Part shown: in pieces, positions 59,025 to 64,000 of the stretch
How the letters are laid out: the number at the start of each line of letters is the position of its first letter
How positions within the stretch are numbered: position 1 is the first letter of the stretch
NCBI RefSeq assembly: GCF_009914755.1
Contig: NC_060945.1
Source of the DNA: the human T2T-CHM13v2.0 reference genome, Homo sapiens
DNA: 64,000 bases
Reading direction: 5' to 3' (one strand)
The notes under the pieces: generated by a model
Seen by the model: the letters and a program-made list of their open reading frames with translations, nothing else
Databases searched by the model: none
Told to the model about the DNA's origin: nothing
Program-made: the position numbers and the translations under genes

Positions 59025-59749
59025 GTATTTCAGTTACTCCGTATAAACCACAGGACTGGATTTAGGGTTCTCAAATGTAAGCAGGTAGAAGAATCTTCTA
59101 AAGAATTCGCTTGAAATTCAGAATTCCAGGAGCTCTCCTCTCCCACCACCACCTGAGATTCTGGAAATCTCTATTTGTAATGGGTATCTCAGGTAATTCT
59201 GATGAATAAATCATCCTGATAAATTCCAGGGCTGGTTTGTCATGAGAATTCAAAAAAGCTTTTGCTGGGCTGTGTGAAATTGCCCAGAGATGCTTATCTC
59301 TCATTGGCAGGAGTGTTTGGTTTCAGTCGCTGGTGACTTATTTCCCTTAACTCTGGATGATAGAGGTAATTAAAGAAAAAGCTTTAGTTTGTCCTCTTCC
59401 ATTTCTTGATGCTCTCTGCTTCTTGTCTCAGGACACACCTGATTAGAAAGGGAAGGTAACAGCAATGTGTTCAAGTGTCTCCTCAGAGGTAAAACCCACC
59501 TATGTGACTGCTGGTTTTGTTACCCATAATCAAAAGAAAAACTTATATTTTCTCCTTAGCTTGTTTTCACTTTCCTATCTCTTACTAGACATACCCAGAG
59601 AAAATTATCAGCCAAGTACTCGATTGCTATTCAATGATTTTTAAGATTGATAATAACAAAAAATATCATTGAGGACTTACTCTGTGCTAGACTCTGTTCT
59701 AAAGAATTTGCACATACTACTTAATTATATATTTTACCTCTATATATAG

Positions 59750-59970
59750 TAAGAAGGCTTACTATGCACTATTCCAAGCATTTGACAAGTGTTAATTCAT
59801 TTAATTTTTATAATGATCTTATGATGTGGGTATTATGATTCTTTATAAGAAAACCGAGTCCAGAGGGTTTAAGAGAATTACTGAAGGTCACATGGTTAAT
59901 AGTCAGCAGAATCAATCTCCAAACCCATGCCATCTACCTCCAAGCCATGCTCTTAACTACTTTACTATCC
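59750..59970 (-). mobile_element. MIR
   Basis: aagaaaaccgagtccagagggtttaag...tgaaggtcacatgg...ccatgctcttaactact. Confidence 0.7.
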
Positions 59971-60104
59971 TGCTTTTGATATGTCATTAAGGCTTTAAAG
60001 GGATATAGCTTCTACATGCCTCAAATCTATAATTCATTGCATTATTTTTTGAAGAACACATCGATCTAGCTTTTGCTGCTAAAAACTAGAAAACAAAAAA
60101 ACAA

Positions 60105-60480
60105 AGGCTAGTTTTTGCTGCTATAACAGACAGACATCCAAAATTTCCATGTTCAGAAATGTATTGCCTGCTCACACTATGAATTCCTCTCACATTGGTG
60201 ACTGTCTTGGATACACATCATTTTCACTCAAAAGACTCAAGCTGACAGTGCTTTGATTATCTGAAATATGACAAACAGGGGAAAATGAATGGGGCAAGCC
60301 ATGGTAGCTTTTAAAGGCTCTCCTCAAGTGTTATACACCATTTCCACACTCTCCTCATTTCCTAAAGTAAGTTCCACAGCCACATCTAACTTCACAGGTC
60401 ACGAAGAGCAATGCTACTATGTGCCTGGAGGGCGAAAGCCTACAATGTCACCGAACAACATTAATGACTTCCACTGAATT
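60105..60480. mobile_element. Old MLT1-type LTR remnant
   Basis: gctgctataaca...ctaaagtaagttccacagccacatctaacttca. Confidence 0.5.
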
Positions 60481-61009
60481 TCTATTCCTTACATGGGCTA
60501 AAATAATTTTAACAGATTTTAACACATATTTCAAAAGATTAGATGAGGGCAGACATAAAAAGTTTTTTAGAACTTTACATATCATAATGTAAAATGGTCC
60601 TGATAATTCTAATCCTGAACAATTTTAAATATAGAGGTTTTATAAGTTGTTTGTGCAATTCATGTAATATTAGTCAGCCTTTGGTTGTAGATTAGCATGT
60701 AGCTTTAATTCCTTTTCTTTGTTTTCTTTTCTCCATTTCCCCCTAATCACTATGTACTCTAATTGAGGGAAAAGTTGCCATAAATATTAGTTTTACAAAG
60801 AAAATCCCTCAATGCCAATTGATTTGGTGGGGGGAGAGATTAGTTCTAACACCAGATTTTATTTGATTTATTTGAATGCATGTATTTTCTTTAAAGAAAA
60901 GAGAAAATGAATTGACACATAGTATTTACAAGGAAAAAAATAAGCAATAAGGAGCCTACATGACATATTCACTTGGAAATTTGAGAACTTTTATCAGGCA
61001 AGGATCAGA

Positions 61010-61550
61010 CCCCACTCATAGCCTCCCAGCCTCTCCCACCTCTTATGCAGCTGCCCCTATAGGAATCATCTTGGTGTAGGTTCCAACTCACCTCAAGCTG
61101 GTACAACATGATGGAGCTTTACATCAGTCCCCTCACCAGATATCTGTCATCCCCCACCTGGGGACTTCACCTTTAATAGCTAGGATAGAGACTGGGGAGC
61201 CTATCTAGGGCCCATGCTTGCAAAACCTGAAGTGTAGGGCAGTTAATGCCCTGTGGAGCAAAACTTCGACCAAAAAGAAATGGAAGTGTGGATATATTCT
61301 CCCCTTTTCTCCATGGACAGACTTGCCTGAGACAGTCCTAAGAGGGTTAGGCAGCTTCTTGGGGAATAGTGTCATGGAATCCAGCACATAATTGCTTAGC
61401 TATGGTCAACTGGATGAGGCATCTTCATTTGAGCACTCCACCTTCCCTGCTTCACTTCCCTTACCCTTCGCTCCTTCTCCTGAAGAAAGCAATAGTACAT
61501 GAGCCCTTCACCTGAAACTCTGCTTTCTAGAAAACTCAGAACAGAATACC
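61010..61550 (+). mobile_element. LTR16-like ERVL LTR
   Basis: ttccctgcttcacttcc...ctctgctttctagaaaactcag terminus; tentative. Confidence 0.45.
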
Positions 61551-61574
61551 ACATCAAACCATCTTTGGAATAGC

Positions 61575-62505
<931 letters not shown>

Positions 62506-62509
62506 TTTA

Positions 62510-63216
62510 ACATGTCAAAACTTAAGCTCTTAATTTTCTCCTAGACACTCACTTCTTCTCCAGCCTTTCTCATCTCAGTAAATAACACTACCACCAAACT
62601 GCTTAGAACACAAACTAAATTTCTTTCTTAATGATAATTCCTTCAACCCCTCTGTCCCCAGGTCCAGTCAGCTTTGCCTCCAAAACATAGCTCAAATCCA
62701 TCACACTTCTTCACTCTCTCTGCTGTCACCTCATCACACCATCATCTCTGCCCTGAGCCACTGCCAGAGCCTCCTCATTGGCTTCCCTCGTCCCACTCTC
62801 CTTCCACTCTACAGGGTTATTCCTAAATACCAGCTACTGTGGCCTTTAAAAAATAAAGTGTGTTTTCTCCTAGTTCAAAAGCCTCCAGTAACTTTCTAAT
62901 GTTCTTAAGAAAACAAAAATTCAAACCTCTGACCATGATCTTGCTCCTGTGTAATTGTCAAATTTCACCACATCCCATTCTTCTTCCCTTCCTATAAAAC
63001 AGTGAAGAAGATCTCCTTCCACACTGCCTGTCTTCTGCACTGGAACTCCCTGAAGGTAGGCACCTCTTCTGTCTTGTTCACCATTGTATCTCCAGCATCT
63101 TGTATAGTATCTGACTACTACGTAATTGGGACTCAATAAATATCTATCAATCTGTTGAATATATGAATGAATGAATGAATGAATGAATGAATGAATGAAT
63201 GAATGAAATGAATGAA
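62510..63216 (+). mobile_element. L2 3' fragment ending in expanded (TGAA)n
   Basis: ctcaataaatatc...tgttgaat followed by (TGAA)n at 63164-63216. Confidence 0.75.
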
Positions 63217-63495
63217 TCTTGTGAAGATGATACCAGTACGGAGAAATATGACAGAATTCCAAATACCCTCCTGATGGCAAGATGGAGATCTGATATCTCC
63301 TTGCCCCCAACCAGTCCAGCTCTGTGTTGACATCCTCCCTGGCCTCCCTGACTGTGTAACACTAGTTATTGGACTCTATGTAGACCAAGGATAAACCCAT
63401 AGTAGGCACTGACTCTCCTGGATTCAGGAGGTAGGGTTGTCTTTGGCTTTCTAGAAATGTGTGTTTTGATGGGACAGATAAAAGACAGAACTCAT

Positions 63496-63626
63496 GGCTG
63501 GGCGCGGTGGCTCACGCCTGTAATCCTAGCACTTCGGGAGGCTGAGGTGGGTGGATTGTGGCCAGGAGTTCGAGATCAGCCTGGCCAACAGGGTGAAACC
63601 CCATGCCTATTAAAAATACAAAAATT
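63496..63626 (+). mobile_element. Alu left arm only (3'-truncated)
   Basis: Ends at the A5TACA5 linker. Confidence 0.85.
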
Positions 63627-64000
63627 ATTGTTAAGGTGTGCCATGAAGGACAGGTGTGATTTCAACAGGTGGAGGAGAAAAAGGATATTTATAAAGAAGG
63701 AACACCAAAGGCAAAGACAGAGCAGAAGTGTCTGGGTTCATTTGGGATTGGTGAGCTAACCTATATAAATTAAGGACAGAGCATGTGTAAGAAAGTTAAG
63801 GAGAACTTTCTGGCAAATGAGTGTCAGAGTTAAGGAAAGGATGGATGGATGTGCAGTACATGTGCAGGACATAGATAAAGAGCAGCTACTAAAATACTTA
63901 ATTGAGGAGATGATGCGATGAGAACTAGCTCAATGTGAATAATGTATTCTAAAGGAAAGCTATGAAGAAAGGGCCATCTCTTAATATTCCATTCTAATCA

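Noticed and set aside
62921-63362. ORFs with (HSFI)n repeats
   Set aside because: Translation of the L2-tail (TGAA)n microsatellite.

Overview
Primate (very probably human, chr21q22.11-type) genomic DNA from the high-glycine/tyrosine keratin-associated protein (HGT-KAP) cluster. It holds two intact single-exon genes on the minus strand: KRTAP8-1 (40650-40841) and KRTAP7-1 (57078-57341), each with a TATA box, Kozak context and AATAAA. Four decayed paralogues lie on the same strand. Two are colinear KRTAP8 pseudogenes (29863-30051, 34555-34742). Two are further HGT-KAP relics for which I cannot assign a name (3592-3775, 20591-20829). The rest is AT-rich and repeat-dense (Alu, L1, L2, MIR, MaLR/ERVL LTRs, MER5/MER20/MADE1, STRs), and most ORFs in the supplied track are repeat-derived noise. 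The most unusual signals are the two extra KAP relics, a palindromic CTCF-like site upstream of KRTAP7-1, and several locally templated copies (inverted or direct, donors 0.3-1.5 kb away) plus a 252-bp foreign segment inside an LTR. I see no convincing wholly new biological system. Repeat boundaries and subfamily names were assigned by eye and are approximate.
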